From the NCBI GenBank assembly GCA_030643485.1, contig DAOWLG010000038.1, positions 1 to 58,424 of the forward strand: DNA of 58,424 bases. Reading direction: 5' to 3'. A model generated the notes under the pieces. That model did no database searches. It was given only the letters and a program-made list of their open reading frames with translations, and was not told the origin of the DNA. Position 1 is the stretch's first letter. Each line of letters starts with the position of its first letter. This document shows, in pieces, positions 38,771 to 48,921 of the stretch. Source of the DNA: Candidatus Nealsonbacteria bacterium. GTDB taxonomy: Bacteria; Patescibacteriota; Minisyncoccia; Minisyncoccales; JAGMDC01. The position numbers and the translations under genes were made by a program.

Positions 38771-41700
38771 TTATTGGCTTCCACAACAACATTTCAAGGA
38801 CTTAGTGCAGCAACAGTGAATTTTAGGAGAAATTTTTCCGACTACATTCCATTGATCGTTACAATTATTATTATCTGTCCATTCTAATATGTACGCATAG
38901 TCTATTCCTGTCACAGGATCATTGTACGCGCATCGCATTGATATTTGTTCGATACTTTCGCAATAGTTGTTGCAGCTTGTTTCAGGCAGACTGCACCAAT
39001 AAGCAGGATTATTTATGCAATTTGACCAGGTTGCAGGCTGTTGCGTTCGGCATTGTGGATGATTTAATACGCATCGGACTTCATCCTCACAACCAGGAGG
39101 GCAGCAGCAATCACGGGTTTGGTTCATTTCATCGGGAGCGCAATTTCCTTCACCGCAGTCATCATCTCTCCACGGAGTACATTCGCAATCACAAGGCGCG
39201 CCTTCTTTGCAGTACGCGCTATTTTCACAGCATTCAGCGCAATCTGTGGCTTCCGGAAGTTTATATTCGTCGGGACAGACTTTTTCATCGTCAAGACAAC
39301 AATACCCTGATAGATCTTCTACACAAAGTTGTTGTTCAGAAGGTATAAGTTTTCCAGAGAGATAAAAACTGGCTGGTTCGCCGTCAAGATTGTAGATATC
39401 GCATAATTGTCCTGGCTGCCCCTGTCCGATTCCTTTATTTAATTCATATTCAATACATATTTCAGGATTTATTTGGTCAAACGTTTTACAATTAAATTCT
39501 CTGCAATATCTTGATATATTAAAACTATAAAATTCATTTTTATCTATTTTTTTGAATAATTTTTTATTCATATATTCAGCCAAGATGAGCGGTTCTTCGT
39601 AAACATATTTGATTAAACTTTCTGCCTCGTTTAGATAACTTAAATCTGTTTTCAATTCGTTGTTTAATGTGTTTAATCTGTTCAGCGCTTCGTTATACGG
39701 TAAAAAAGTTGGAGTAACAAGCGGATCCATTAAGGGATCGTAAAAATACAAATGTCCTTGATCAAATAAATCATAATTTGCGCCATAAATAAACGACCAA
39801 ATTTCATCTCTTTTTTCGTTTAATTCTTTCATAATATCTGGTATAATGATATTTCTTAATTCCTCCATCTCGCTTCTAAGAGGACAGGGATCGTCAGAAC
39901 AATTACAATTGCAGCTTGAATTTCCACAACCGCTACAACCTGAGCAATTTTTATCACAATGGTCGCAGTCGCATTGATTAGCGTAATTTGTCAAATCTTG
40001 AGATTTGCTTTCTATATCTACAGCTAAAATTTTTAATTCTTTAGATAGATTCTTTAATTTTTCGCTTTTTATTTTAATTGCGGTTAAGAGTTTTTTTATA
40101 CAATCCAATCTATCGTGATTTTTCATTTTATCTACTATGTCTGGAGTGCTCAAATCTATATCAATCATATCGCCACTTGGATTTGCGTCTTTAATGTCAT
40201 AATGATAACAATCAATGTTTTTAGCCAAAACATTTTCAATCAAAAGGCCGACAGGGATTTCTTGGTAATATGTTATTTCTGTTTCCGGAGGTGTATGTTC
40301 CGGTGGTTCAGAAGGTTCAAATAAAGTTAGGTCTGGCAGTTTTAAGATAGCCAGTTCAGGATTTATAGTGGTAAAGATTAAATAAGAACAGAATAAGAGA
40401 ATCAATCCCATAATTCCCGCTTTCATCCAGGACATAGCGTTGCTTATTACTTCCGGAGAACCAACAGAAGCGAGCCAGCGGATTCCTCCAAATAGCAAAA
40501 CAGCAAAAGCCATAATCACGCCAAGTATTAAGGCAAAGTTAAAAATGTATTTTATATACCCGGGCAGTTTAGTTTCTATGCCTGGTGTTTTCGCTCCCGG
40601 CACATCCGGATAATCAATTTCCAAACCCGGAATAAAACCGTCACCATCGTCACTATCACCGCAGACAGAATCAGGTACGCATTTAATAGTCCCCTCTGGA
40701 TACCCGCTGCTACATTCTCCTGAACATCCTTCTGGCTCGCATATTTCAGTTCGTTCTTTAGCGGAGTCACACACATATTGATCACTACAACCATAGTTTT
40801 TCCATTTACAAGGGGTTGGCTGTGTCGGAGCTTCACCCTCGCAAATAGAATGAGATGGCATCAGAGGGTAGTTGTCTCGGCTGTCAGGATCTATGACATA
40901 AGGAGTATCGCCTATGTCATCTCCGTCTGCGTCCACTCCTGTGTAATCGCTCCAGCAGTTTCCCTCGGCGGAGTTGTCCCAATAGTGTTCATTGGCATAA
41001 TGCTCCGATGTTATTCCATCCGATGCTTGATAAGTGTTATCTGCTATAATGTTATGGTAGATCTTAAAAAGCCCAGAATTATGCAGGAAAATCCCATTTT
41101 CATTTTCCTTTATAGTATTACGAATTATTTCATTTTCATATGAATGGAAGTCGGATTTGAGTCCATAAAAGCTATTTGATATAACATTATTGATTATTTC
41201 ATTACCTCCACTACTATGCATCAAATGGATACCGCTACCAGGGTTCGAGTCTAGAGTGTTATTAAGTATTTGATTGTAATTTGCGGTCAGTATGTGAATA
41301 CCCTCACTATTTGAATTCAAAATATTATTTTCTATCCGATTGTGATGGCAACTGCTTATGAGGATACCATAACCACATGACTTCACAATATTGTTGGTCA
41401 CCTCGTTAGAATTAGACTGAGATATTATCTTGATGCCCGCTTCGAGACCCGTCACGATGCTTAACTCTACGATGTTATCTTCTATCACATTATTAATAGC
41501 TTGTACTAAATAAATTCCATCACCCCCGTCGTTCTTCACCGTGAATCCACTGATGGTCACTCCTGTTAATGGAGTAAATGACTCACCAACTAAGGAGATA
41601 CACTTACCACTCCCGCCGCCGTCAATAATCGTTGTTTCACTATTCTCCCCTTTAAGCGTCAGAGACTTCGAGATTTCCACATTCTCGTTATAAGTCCCCG

Positions 41701-41869
41701 CCTTAACGCAGATTACATCATTATCGCTTGCCGCATCCACCGCAGCCTGAATCGTTGAATAATCCGTCGGTACGGTTATGTCGCAGTCCGCGCGCGCAAC
41801 CAAAGGGAAAAACAAGATAGTTCCGGATAAAATAATCCCCAAGCAAATTATTAAAATTATTTTTTTCAT
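38771..41869 (-). CDS. Large surface protein: NosD/pectin-lyase-like beta helix + pilin-like module + Cys-rich regions
   Basis: VPTDYSTIQAAVDAA…GTYNE, GI.L….N.I..N repeats, DADGDDIGDTPY; internal GLEIDYP module. Confidence 0.75.
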   Translation of the reverse strand: MKKIILIICLGIILSGTILFFPLVARADCDITVPTDYSTIQAAVDAASDNDVICVKAGTYNENVEISKSLTLKGENSETTIIDGGGSGKCISLVGESFTPLTGVTISGFTVKNDGGDGIYLVQAINNVIEDNIVELSIVTGLEAGIKIISQSNSNEVTNNIVKSCGYGILISSCHHNRIENNILNSNSEGIHILTANYNQILNNTLDSNPGSGIHLMHSSGGNEIINNVISNSFYGLKSDFHSYENEIIRNTIKENENGIFLHNSGLFKIYHNIIADNTYQASDGITSEHYANEHYWDNSAEGNCWSDYTGVDADGDDIGDTPYVIDPDSRDNYPLMPSHSICEGEAPTQPTPCKWKNYGCSDQYVCDSAKERTEICEPEGCSGECSSGYPEGTIKCVPDSVCGDSDDGDGFIPGLEIDYPDVPGAKTPGIETKLPGYIKYIFNFALILGVIMAFAVLLFGGIRWLASVGSPEVISNAMSWMKAGIMGLILLFCSYLIFTTINPELAILKLPDLTLFEPSEPPEHTPPETEITYYQEIPVGLLIENVLAKNIDCYHYDIKDANPSGDMIDIDLSTPDIVDKMKNHDRLDCIKKLLTAIKIKSEKLKNLSKELKILAVDIESKSQDLTNYANQCDCDHCDKNCSGCSGCGNSSCNCNCSDDPCPLRSEMEELRNIIIPDIMKELNEKRDEIWSFIYGANYDLFDQGHLYFYDPLMDPLVTPTFLPYNEALNRLNTLNNELKTDLSYLNEAESLIKYVYEEPLILAEYMNKKLFKKIDKNEFYSFNISRYCREFNCKTFDQINPEICIEYELNKGIGQGQPGQLCDIYNLDGEPASFYLSGKLIPSEQQLCVEDLSGYCCLDDEKVCPDEYKLPEATDCAECCENSAYCKEGAPCDCECTPWRDDDCGEGNCAPDEMNQTRDCCCPPGCEDEVRCVLNHPQCRTQQPATWSNCINNPAYWCSLPETSCNNYCESIEQISMRCAYNDPVTGIDYAYILEWTDNNNCNDQWNVVGKISPKIHCCCTKSLKCCCGSQ

Positions 41870-41897
41870 TTTGTTGTTGAAATAATCGTGAGATAAT

Positions 41898-42406
41898 GAG
41901 ATTGCTTCGTCGCTTCGCTCCTCGCAATGACAAAGGAGGAGTGAGATTGCTTCGCTTCGCTCGCAATGACAATATGGTCGCTCGCAATGATAATAGGACT
42001 ATCCTTTTTGTCATTGCGAGGAGCGAGGGCGAAGCCCGAGCGACGAAGCAATCCCGTATTCCTCTGCTAAATCTTTGAATTCAGGATTCATACTCTTGAT
42101 TAAATCTATTTTCTTTTGTCTGGAACCTCCTTTGATTTGTTTTTCTCTACTAATAGCATCTATAACGTTATTATAAATTTCATAATATACCAACTTTTTG
42201 ATATTATATTTTTCCGTAAACCCTTTAATCAGTTTATTTTTGTGTTCATATATTCTTTTTTCTAAATTACTAGTGATACCTGTATATAAAACTGTGTTTA
42301 TTTTATTGGTCATAATATAGATGTAATATTGTTTGTTTTGCATTTTATGAGATTGCTTCGCTCCCTGCGGTCGCTCGCAATGACAAATGGGACGCTCGCA
42401 ATGACA
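41898..42406. mobile_element. GIY-YIG nuclease gene enclosed by GTCATTGCGAG-family inverted arms
   Basis: Arms at 42009-42053 and 42349-42385 in inverted orientation; extra tandem arms at 41898-41990 and 42394-42406. Confidence 0.65.
42011..42343 (-). CDS. GIY-YIG nuclease family protein
   Basis: YYIYIM…LYTGIT..L..R..EH…FT..Y…LVYYE…A..REKQIK…NP. Confidence 0.92.
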   Translation of the reverse strand: MQNKQYYIYIMTNKINTVLYTGITSNLEKRIYEHKNKLIKGFTEKYNIKKLVYYEIYNNVIDAISREKQIKGGSRQKKIDLIKSMNPEFKDLAEEYGIASSLGLRPRSSQ

Positions 42407-42436
42407 ATTATGTGGCGATGTCCGACATCTACACTG

Positions 42437-42832
42437 CTATTCTTTCATTTCCAAAATAACGAAAATGGTCCAGAAAGGTAGGGCGCCAAGAAATGGGATT
42501 AGTTCTCCAAAAGCAGATAAGCCAAATCTTAATCCTTTTTTAGAGCCTTTTTTAACTCCTTTTTTTAACGCTTTTGCTTTTTTTTCTACCATTTTTCTAT
42601 GTTCAGCTTTTTTCCCAGCTACTTCTTCTCTTGCTTCTTTGTAGGTTTTTTCCCCTTGAGAACGCGTGAGCGACCAAAATCCAAAAAAGAGAATGCCTAT
42701 GCCGTCCGGAATAAAGGAAAGAACCTCGCCAATTCCAAAAACCAGGTCCAAGATTAAGCAAACAATGCCTATTAAATCCAATAGACCTGCCAAAAAAAGC
42801 ATTAAAATACCTTCGGGACTTAACAAAGACAT
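42437..42832 (-). CDS. Hypothetical membrane protein
   Basis: TM segments; ELIPFLG.LP.WT motif. Confidence 0.75.
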   Translation of the reverse strand: MSLLSPEGILMLFLAGLLDLIGIVCLILDLVFGIGEVLSFIPDGIGILFFGFWSLTRSQGEKTYKEAREEVAGKKAEHRKMVEKKAKALKKGVKKGSKKGLRFGLSAFGELIPFLGALPFWTIFVILEMKE

Positions 42833-42834
42833 AA

Positions 42835-44616
42835 TTAAATTTTTTCTTTTGCTTGTTTTATTTTCAGCACTTCTTCCGGCGCAGTGGTAATAATTTGTTC
42901 TTCCGCGTAAGACGCGGTTACTCTAAGAGCCACATGTTTCATTCCCGCAAAAAATAATCCCTCGCCCACTGCTGATTCCAAAAGCATATATTTTTCTTCC
43001 TCAGTTAAATTAAAAGTTTTTTTCACTACATCAATAGTAGCAGGGCTTTGTTTCATTAAAAATTGTAATGAGGAATTAGTAATAATTGGTTGGCCATAAG
43101 ATGATTTCATAAAATCAGACACATCTTGAGTAATAGTGGTTACCCCTAACCAATATTTTCTGGCTCTTTTACAAATACCGTACAAGAACGAAGAGCCGTC
43201 TTCTGATTGCATTATCCACCATGCCTCGTCCACCACTAATATTCTTTTTTTAAGTTTGGCTCGGATAGTATTCCAGATGTATCTCATAATTATAAACATT
43301 GCCATTGGCCGCAATTCTTCTTCCATATCTCTTATTCCAAAAACCACTAATTTGTTATCCATAGAAACATTAGAGGGCTGGTTAAAAAATTGAGCGTAGG
43401 TTCCTTTAGTAAATTTATTCAGCCGCTTACATAGTGATTCTGTCCCTTCCATTGTTTCCAACACTGCTTCCAAATCCTGCATTAAAGGAAGGTTTTTATT
43501 CCATTGTTTAGGATTTGTTTTTATAGTAATATCTTTTGACGCGTATGTTTCAGCCAATGCCCTATCTATAATAGCGTCTTCTTCCGGCAATAAACCGCCA
43601 AGCATTATCCGTAGCAAGCCAACTAAATTTATAATATTAGAGCGAAGAATATCTTCGGGTTTTTCGTCCTCTCGCGGTAGCGGAAGGTCAAAAGGATTAA
43701 TATGATGGGGTGAAGATAAAGAGAAATTGAAAAATGAACCGCCAACACTGTTAGATAAAAATTTATATTCGTTTTCAGGGTCAATAATTATACAATCTAC
43801 TCCTAACATAAGTGAACGCAAAGTTTCTAACTTCACTAAAAAACTTTTACCAGCTCCGGATTTAGCGAAAATTACAAAGTTTCCATTTTCAAGAGAAAAT
43901 CTGTCAAACAAAACCAAAGAATTATTATGTTGATTTATTCCATATAAAATTCCTTCGTTTGAGGACAAATCAAAAGAAATAAAAGGGAAAATACTGGACA
44001 ATGGTTCCGTGTTCATACTATTATGAACACCTATTTGATCTAATCCATAAGGCGAAGTGGAAACAAATCCTTGTTTTTGCTGGTAGAGAGAAGGTTTTAT
44101 GTAAATTAAGCGGGATTCTAATATAGAACGTAATTCTGTTTCAGTGTTTTTTAATTCTTTTTCATCATTTCCATAGATAGTAAGATAAAGCCCGAACTTA
44201 AACATTCTTTCTTGCGCGGCTTGCAGACGGTCTCTTAAGTTTTCAATATCTTTGTACGCGGTTTCCAAAGTTGGGTCCCGAATTAATCCTTTTTCTTCTC
44301 TGTCCATAAGTTCTACCTGGACTTCAGTTACCCGTTTTCTTAATTGTTTCAAAACCATTCCGCTGGCAATAGGGTGTATAAAAAATGATACGTCCATAGG
44401 CACATCTAAGTTTATAATTGGAGATAACCAGCCAGTACTTAGATATCTGGGATAAGAAAAAATAAAAAATGATTTGGCAAACCGTTCGCCTATTTTTAGA
44501 TAACCTTGATTTATCTCAACAGAAGCAGGCGCAATAATGTCTGTTATTTGTAATATCTCTTTTTCAAAAAGTTTTTCCGGTATTTTTGATTTTTTTTTGA
44601 AAAATGGTAGTTTCAT
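42835..44616 (-). CDS. VirB4/TraC-family ATPase
   Basis: AKSGAGKS, IIDPENEY, INPFD, VDEAW, RARKY, ITQDV.DF. Confidence 0.9.
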   Translation of the reverse strand: MKLPFFKKKSKIPEKLFEKEILQITDIIAPASVEINQGYLKIGERFAKSFFIFSYPRYLSTGWLSPIINLDVPMDVSFFIHPIASGMVLKQLRKRVTEVQVELMDREEKGLIRDPTLETAYKDIENLRDRLQAAQERMFKFGLYLTIYGNDEKELKNTETELRSILESRLIYIKPSLYQQKQGFVSTSPYGLDQIGVHNSMNTEPLSSIFPFISFDLSSNEGILYGINQHNNSLVLFDRFSLENGNFVIFAKSGAGKSFLVKLETLRSLMLGVDCIIIDPENEYKFLSNSVGGSFFNFSLSSPHHINPFDLPLPREDEKPEDILRSNIINLVGLLRIMLGGLLPEEDAIIDRALAETYASKDITIKTNPKQWNKNLPLMQDLEAVLETMEGTESLCKRLNKFTKGTYAQFFNQPSNVSMDNKLVVFGIRDMEEELRPMAMFIIMRYIWNTIRAKLKKRILVVDEAWWIMQSEDGSSFLYGICKRARKYWLGVTTITQDVSDFMKSSYGQPIITNSSLQFLMKQSPATIDVVKKTFNLTEEEKYMLLESAVGEGLFFAGMKHVALRVTASYAEEQIITTAPEEVLKIKQAKEKI

Positions 44617-44617
44617 A

Positions 44618-45256
44618 TTATTTAGTAAATTCCGGCGGTATTTCCGGATAATAGCCAACCTCTGCGCGTTGAGGATGGTGCAAAGACCAGAATAATTCAA
44701 TAATTTCAGAAGTGTTTAACGGAACTGCTTTTAGTCCGGTTCTTCTTAAACCCGAAATAACAAATTCCATTCTTTGTCTGAGTTGGGACTTGCACCTTTT
44801 GAATTTTTCTTCAGTCAAACGCGGAATTTTTGGCGGTTTGAAAACCCCTGCTTTTTTTTCTGTCTTTTGTGTTTCAAAAAGAGTAAAAGGAACCACAATA
44901 AAAAATGATTTGCTCATAATGGTTCCCGTTTCCACTAAACTTTCTATAAATTCTCTGTATCCTGTTGTTTGAATTTTTAATAATTCATTTTCTTGTTTTT
45001 CCTCTATTTTTTTTAATTTATCAAGATAGCCGGTAATATTCAGCCGTCTGGATTGAACCACAATTTGCGTTGTGAAATCTAAAGAATTCAAGAAATTTTG
45101 GAACTGATAAATAATCGCGGATTGTTCATCGTCTGATTTTAGGGCAAAATTCAGGGAAGAAACCATTAACACGCCTCTAAGAGTTTTATTTTTGAGGATG
45201 ATAATCCCTTCTCTGATTTGGTCAATTTCTAAAAATTGTTGCGTAGCGGATTTCAT
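44618..45256 (-). CDS. TraC/VirB4-associated protein
   Basis: NFALKS.DEQ.AII..FQ.FLNSLDF; sits between PrgI-like and VirB4-like genes. Confidence 0.75.
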   Translation of the reverse strand: MKSATQQFLEIDQIREGIIILKNKTLRGVLMVSSLNFALKSDDEQSAIIYQFQNFLNSLDFTTQIVVQSRRLNITGYLDKLKKIEEKQENELLKIQTTGYREFIESLVETGTIMSKSFFIVVPFTLFETQKTEKKAGVFKPPKIPRLTEEKFKRCKSQLRQRMEFVISGLRRTGLKAVPLNTSEIIELFWSLHHPQRAEVGYYPEIPPEFTK

Positions 45257-45263
45257 ATTTTAA

Positions 45264-45665
45264 CTAGGTTCTTGTTTCAATTTTGGCGGATAAATCTTTT
45301 AGTTTGCTTCCGGTAATTTTTGGCAAAGGAGCAATCTCTTTTTCTTCTTCTTTTGGTTTTTCTTTTTTTATTATTTTTGGAGAAAGAGTTTTTCTTTTCC
45401 AAATATATAGTTTTGGAGAAGAAAAAAACATAAAAAAGTTTTTTACAATAACAAGCAAAGAACGGCCTTCCATTTTAACAAAAGCAAAAGCAGCGGCTCC
45501 TCCCATTAGAATAATAGCGATAACTACAAAAAGAGAAAAGGGCATCATAAAATAAATCGCAAACAAAATCGCTCCGGCACCGCCTAAATATAAAAATTGC
45601 TTAAAAGTTAACGGACCTATAATTTTCGCTTCTCTTTCAATAAATTTTGGAACAACAAACCGCAT
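45264..45665 (-). CDS. PrgI-family membrane protein
   Basis: F.VP.FIE.E.KIIGPLTFKQF; two TM segments; P..Y.W. Confidence 0.85.
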   Translation of the reverse strand: MRFVVPKFIEREAKIIGPLTFKQFLYLGGAGAILFAIYFMMPFSLFVVIAIILMGGAAAFAFVKMEGRSLLVIVKNFFMFFSSPKLYIWKRKTLSPKIIKKEKPKEEEKEIAPLPKITGSKLKDLSAKIETRT

Positions 45666-45895
45666 ATTGTTTAATTCTACCACAGAATAGAAAATAAATA
45701 AATACACCGCATCGCGGCGACAAGGATATTTTTGTGTTTTTTCGCAATCAGTGTATAATAAAATAATAATTTTTAATTTCCAATTTTGTAAATAAAATTT
45801 CATTCCAGAATCTAACGCAACATATTTGGCACAAAACGCCAAGATATATATAATAAGTGGTTGACTACTATTTTAATATAGGTTAAAATGTTAAT

Positions 45896-47206
45896 ATGAG
45901 TAAAAATAATCAGCATTCAACAAAAAATTTAATAAAAAGAGATATATTTAATCAAATTATTGATCATCTCAAAGAAAAAGAAATGACAGTTATTATCGGG
46001 CCGCGCCAAGTAGGAAAAACCACCCTGTTAGGGCAAATCAAAGATCATTTAATTAAACAGAATCAAATCAATCCCAATTCATTATTCTATTTTAATCTGG
46101 ACTTAACTAAAGATTTGTCTCTATTTAGCGAGCAAGAAAATATCATAAATTTCATTAAAAACAGAAAAAAGGATAATGAGATAATATATCTATTTATTGA
46201 TGAAGTTCAGCGAATTGAAAACGCGGGGATTTTCCTGAAAGGAATTTACGACTTAGAATTGGGCGTGAAATTTATTTTAACTGGTTCTTCTTATTTAGAG
46301 ATTAAATCAAAAATTCAAGAATCTCTTACTGGCAGAAAGAAAATTTTCAAATTGATGCCATTAACTTTGTCTGAATACGCAAATTACAAAAATTCATCAA
46401 TTTTTAAGATTGTTAAAAAATCAAAAACAATTTTTGAATATGATTTTGTTGAGTGGGAAAAAATAATAAATGATTTTGCGGTTTTTGGCGGTTATCCGCG
46501 CGTGGCAATTGAGTCAAATATTGACAAAAAAGTTGAGTTGATTGAAGAACTATATAATAGTTATTTAGAAAAAGACATAATAAATTTTTTGAAAATTAAA
46601 AACGCAATTTCTTTTAATAAATTGGTTTCTTTGTTAGCGGCGCAAACTGGAAAATTATTAAATATTAATCAATTAGCAATGGATACAGCCGTAGAAGTTA
46701 AAACATTAAATCATTATTTGGATATTTTAGAAAATACCTTTATCATTAAATTTATCAAGCCGTTTTTTACTAATTTCAAAAAAGAATTAACAAAAATGCC
46801 TAAAATTTATTTTTTAGACAATGGCATTAGAAATTTTTCTCTTTCACGTTTTGAGAGTTTACGAGAAAGAGTTGATAAGGGAGAATTGTTTGAAAACTTA
46901 GTGGCAAGCGAATTATTAAAAACAATTAAAGTGCCGCATTCGCTTCTTTATTGGCGAAGTTTGCAAAAAGCCGAAGTGGATTTCGTTGTTAGGAAGGGAG
47001 ATGGCGAAATTATTCCGATAGAGGTTAAAGCGCAGAAAATGGACAAGATAATTATTAGTAGAAGTTATCGGTCTTTTTTGTCTAAGTATAATCCGCAAAA
47101 GGCGTTATTAGTCAATTATAATATTAAGAAGAAAGGGAAAATAGGAAAAACAAATTTAATTATTTTAACAATAGCAGACATTAAAAATGCTATTTTTCCG
47201 GAATAG
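45896..47206 (+). CDS. AAA+ ATPase (AAA_14 + DUF4143 type)
   Basis: GPRQVGKT, IDEVQ, TGSS, ESLTGR, GGYP, EVDF…PIEVK. Confidence 0.9.
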   Translation: MSKNNQHSTKNLIKRDIFNQIIDHLKEKEMTVIIGPRQVGKTTLLGQIKDHLIKQNQINPNSLFYFNLDLTKDLSLFSEQENIINFIKNRKKDNEIIYLFIDEVQRIENAGIFLKGIYDLELGVKFILTGSSYLEIKSKIQESLTGRKKIFKLMPLTLSEYANYKNSSIFKIVKKSKTIFEYDFVEWEKIINDFAVFGGYPRVAIESNIDKKVELIEELYNSYLEKDIINFLKIKNAISFNKLVSLLAAQTGKLLNINQLAMDTAVEVKTLNHYLDILENTFIIKFIKPFFTNFKKELTKMPKIYFLDNGIRNFSLSRFESLRERVDKGELFENLVASELLKTIKVPHSLLYWRSLQKAEVDFVVRKGDGEIIPIEVKAQKMDKIIISRSYRSFLSKYNPQKALLVNYNIKKKGKIGKTNLIILTIADIKNAIFPE

Positions 47207-47213
47207 TACGAAT

Positions 47214-48818
47214 ATGAAAAAAATTATTCTTTTTTTTGTAATCTTGGCTGTGGGCGTGGGGATCGCTGGTTTTTGGTATTACCAGCAAAATTTTTATTCA
47301 AAAGAAAGCCTCAAGTTGGAAATTTTAAGCCAAGAAAACGCGGATTTGCTGGAAGAGATTGAATATATTGTGAAATATAAAAATAATGGAAATATCAGAG
47401 TAGAAGAACCGGAGCTTATTTTTGAATATCCCGAGTATTCTATTGTAAGCGATGAAAAACCGTTAAGGCAAAATTTTGGCGTTGAAGATTTGGGCGAAGC
47501 AATTTATCCCGGAGAAGAACGAACTTTCAAATTTAAGGCGCGGCTATTAGGTAAAGAAGGTGAAGCAAAAATAGCCAAAGCCTGGCTTAATTACAGGCCT
47601 AAAAATCTGAAAGCAAAATATGAATCCGCAACAACATTTACTACTATAATCAATAAAGTTCCTTTGACTTTTGAATTTGACATACCTTCAAAGATTGAAT
47701 CAGAAAAGGAAATTAAATTTCGCATCAATTATTTTTCTATTGCTGAATATCCTTTATCTGACCTTAGAGTAAAAATCCTTTACCCTGATAATTTTGAATT
47801 TATCCAAAGCGAGCCCAAAGCAATGGAAAAAACCGAGTGGGATATTAATGTTCTTAATAAGGCAGGCGGAGGAAGAATTGAAATTACTGGCAAACTTTTT
47901 GGCGAAATAGGAGAACAAAAAATTTTCCAAGCTGAATTGGGCACATGGAGAAAAGGGGAATTTATTTTATTAAAACAAGCATTTCAGGGAGTAGAAATCA
48001 TAAAACCCTCTTTATTTATGTCCCAGCAAATCAATGGAAATCCTGAATATGTTGCCAATCCGGGCGACCAATTACATTATGAAATTTTCTTCAAAAATGT
48101 CGGAGAGCAGGCATTAACAAATCTATTTTTAGTATCAAAATTAGAAGGAAGACCTTTTGATTTCACAAGCATAAAAGCGACTAACGGCAGTTTTGAACCG
48201 GGAGACAACTCTATTGTTTTTGATTGGCAAAAAATTCCGGAACTTCAATTTTTAGACGCGCAAAAAGAAGGAAAAATAGAATTTTGGATTAAATTAAAAG
48301 ACGAGTGGGAAATAAGAAATTTAGAAGACAAAAATCCTGTGCTCAAGAATAAAATTTATTTAAGCCAATGGCAGGAATTTACAACCAAAGTGAACACAAA
48401 ATTAGCGATTGAGCAGAAAGCGTATTTTGAAGAAGAATCAGCGGCAGATACTTACACTGTTATGTGGCAGGTGAAAAATTATTATAATCCAGTAGAAAAT
48501 GTGAAAGTAAAAGCAATACTGCCGTTAAATGTAAATCTTACTGGCAAAATTTTTCCTGAAGAGCAAATAGAAAAATTTGCTTTTGACTCTGAATCCAGAG
48601 AGATTGTCTGGGAAATAGGAAATATGGAAATGGGTCAGGGAATTTTAGATACTTTAATTTCGCCAAATATTGCTTTTCAGATAGAACTCTTTCCTGTTGA
48701 TGAATTACAGGAAGGAGAACCGATTGAAATAATCAGGGAAGCCAGAATAACTGGGGATGATACCTGGACAGAACAAATTGTGTTTGGTATTAGCCCGAGC
48801 ATAGACACCGGGGAATAA
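47214..48818 (+). CDS. Membrane-anchored Ig-like repeat (DUF11-like) protein
   Basis: N-terminal TM segment; repeated Y.I.Y.N.G…W.I..L beta domains. Confidence 0.7.
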   Translation: MKKIILFFVILAVGVGIAGFWYYQQNFYSKESLKLEILSQENADLLEEIEYIVKYKNNGNIRVEEPELIFEYPEYSIVSDEKPLRQNFGVEDLGEAIYPGEERTFKFKARLLGKEGEAKIAKAWLNYRPKNLKAKYESATTFTTIINKVPLTFEFDIPSKIESEKEIKFRINYFSIAEYPLSDLRVKILYPDNFEFIQSEPKAMEKTEWDINVLNKAGGGRIEITGKLFGEIGEQKIFQAELGTWRKGEFILLKQAFQGVEIIKPSLFMSQQINGNPEYVANPGDQLHYEIFFKNVGEQALTNLFLVSKLEGRPFDFTSIKATNGSFEPGDNSIVFDWQKIPELQFLDAQKEGKIEFWIKLKDEWEIRNLEDKNPVLKNKIYLSQWQEFTTKVNTKLAIEQKAYFEEESAADTYTVMWQVKNYYNPVENVKVKAILPLNVNLTGKIFPEEQIEKFAFDSESREIVWEIGNMEMGQGILDTLISPNIAFQIELFPVDELQEGEPIEIIREARITGDDTWTEQIVFGISPSIDTGE

Positions 48819-48834
48819 TTTTCAATGTTACGAC

Positions 48835-48906
48835 ATTGTCATTGCGAGGAGCGAAGCGACGAAGCAATCTCGTTTAGATTGCTTCGCTATCGCTCGCAAT
48901 GACAAT
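48835..48906. repeat. GTCATTGCGAG-family empty element
   Basis: Left and right arms separated by only a few bases. Confidence 0.9.
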
Positions 48907-48921
48907 ATTGGTTGGTATGTT

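Noticed and set aside
41721..42078. ORFs reading LSLRAKRSNL / IASEAKQS
   Set aside because: Translations of the GTCATTGCGAG repeat arms, not genes
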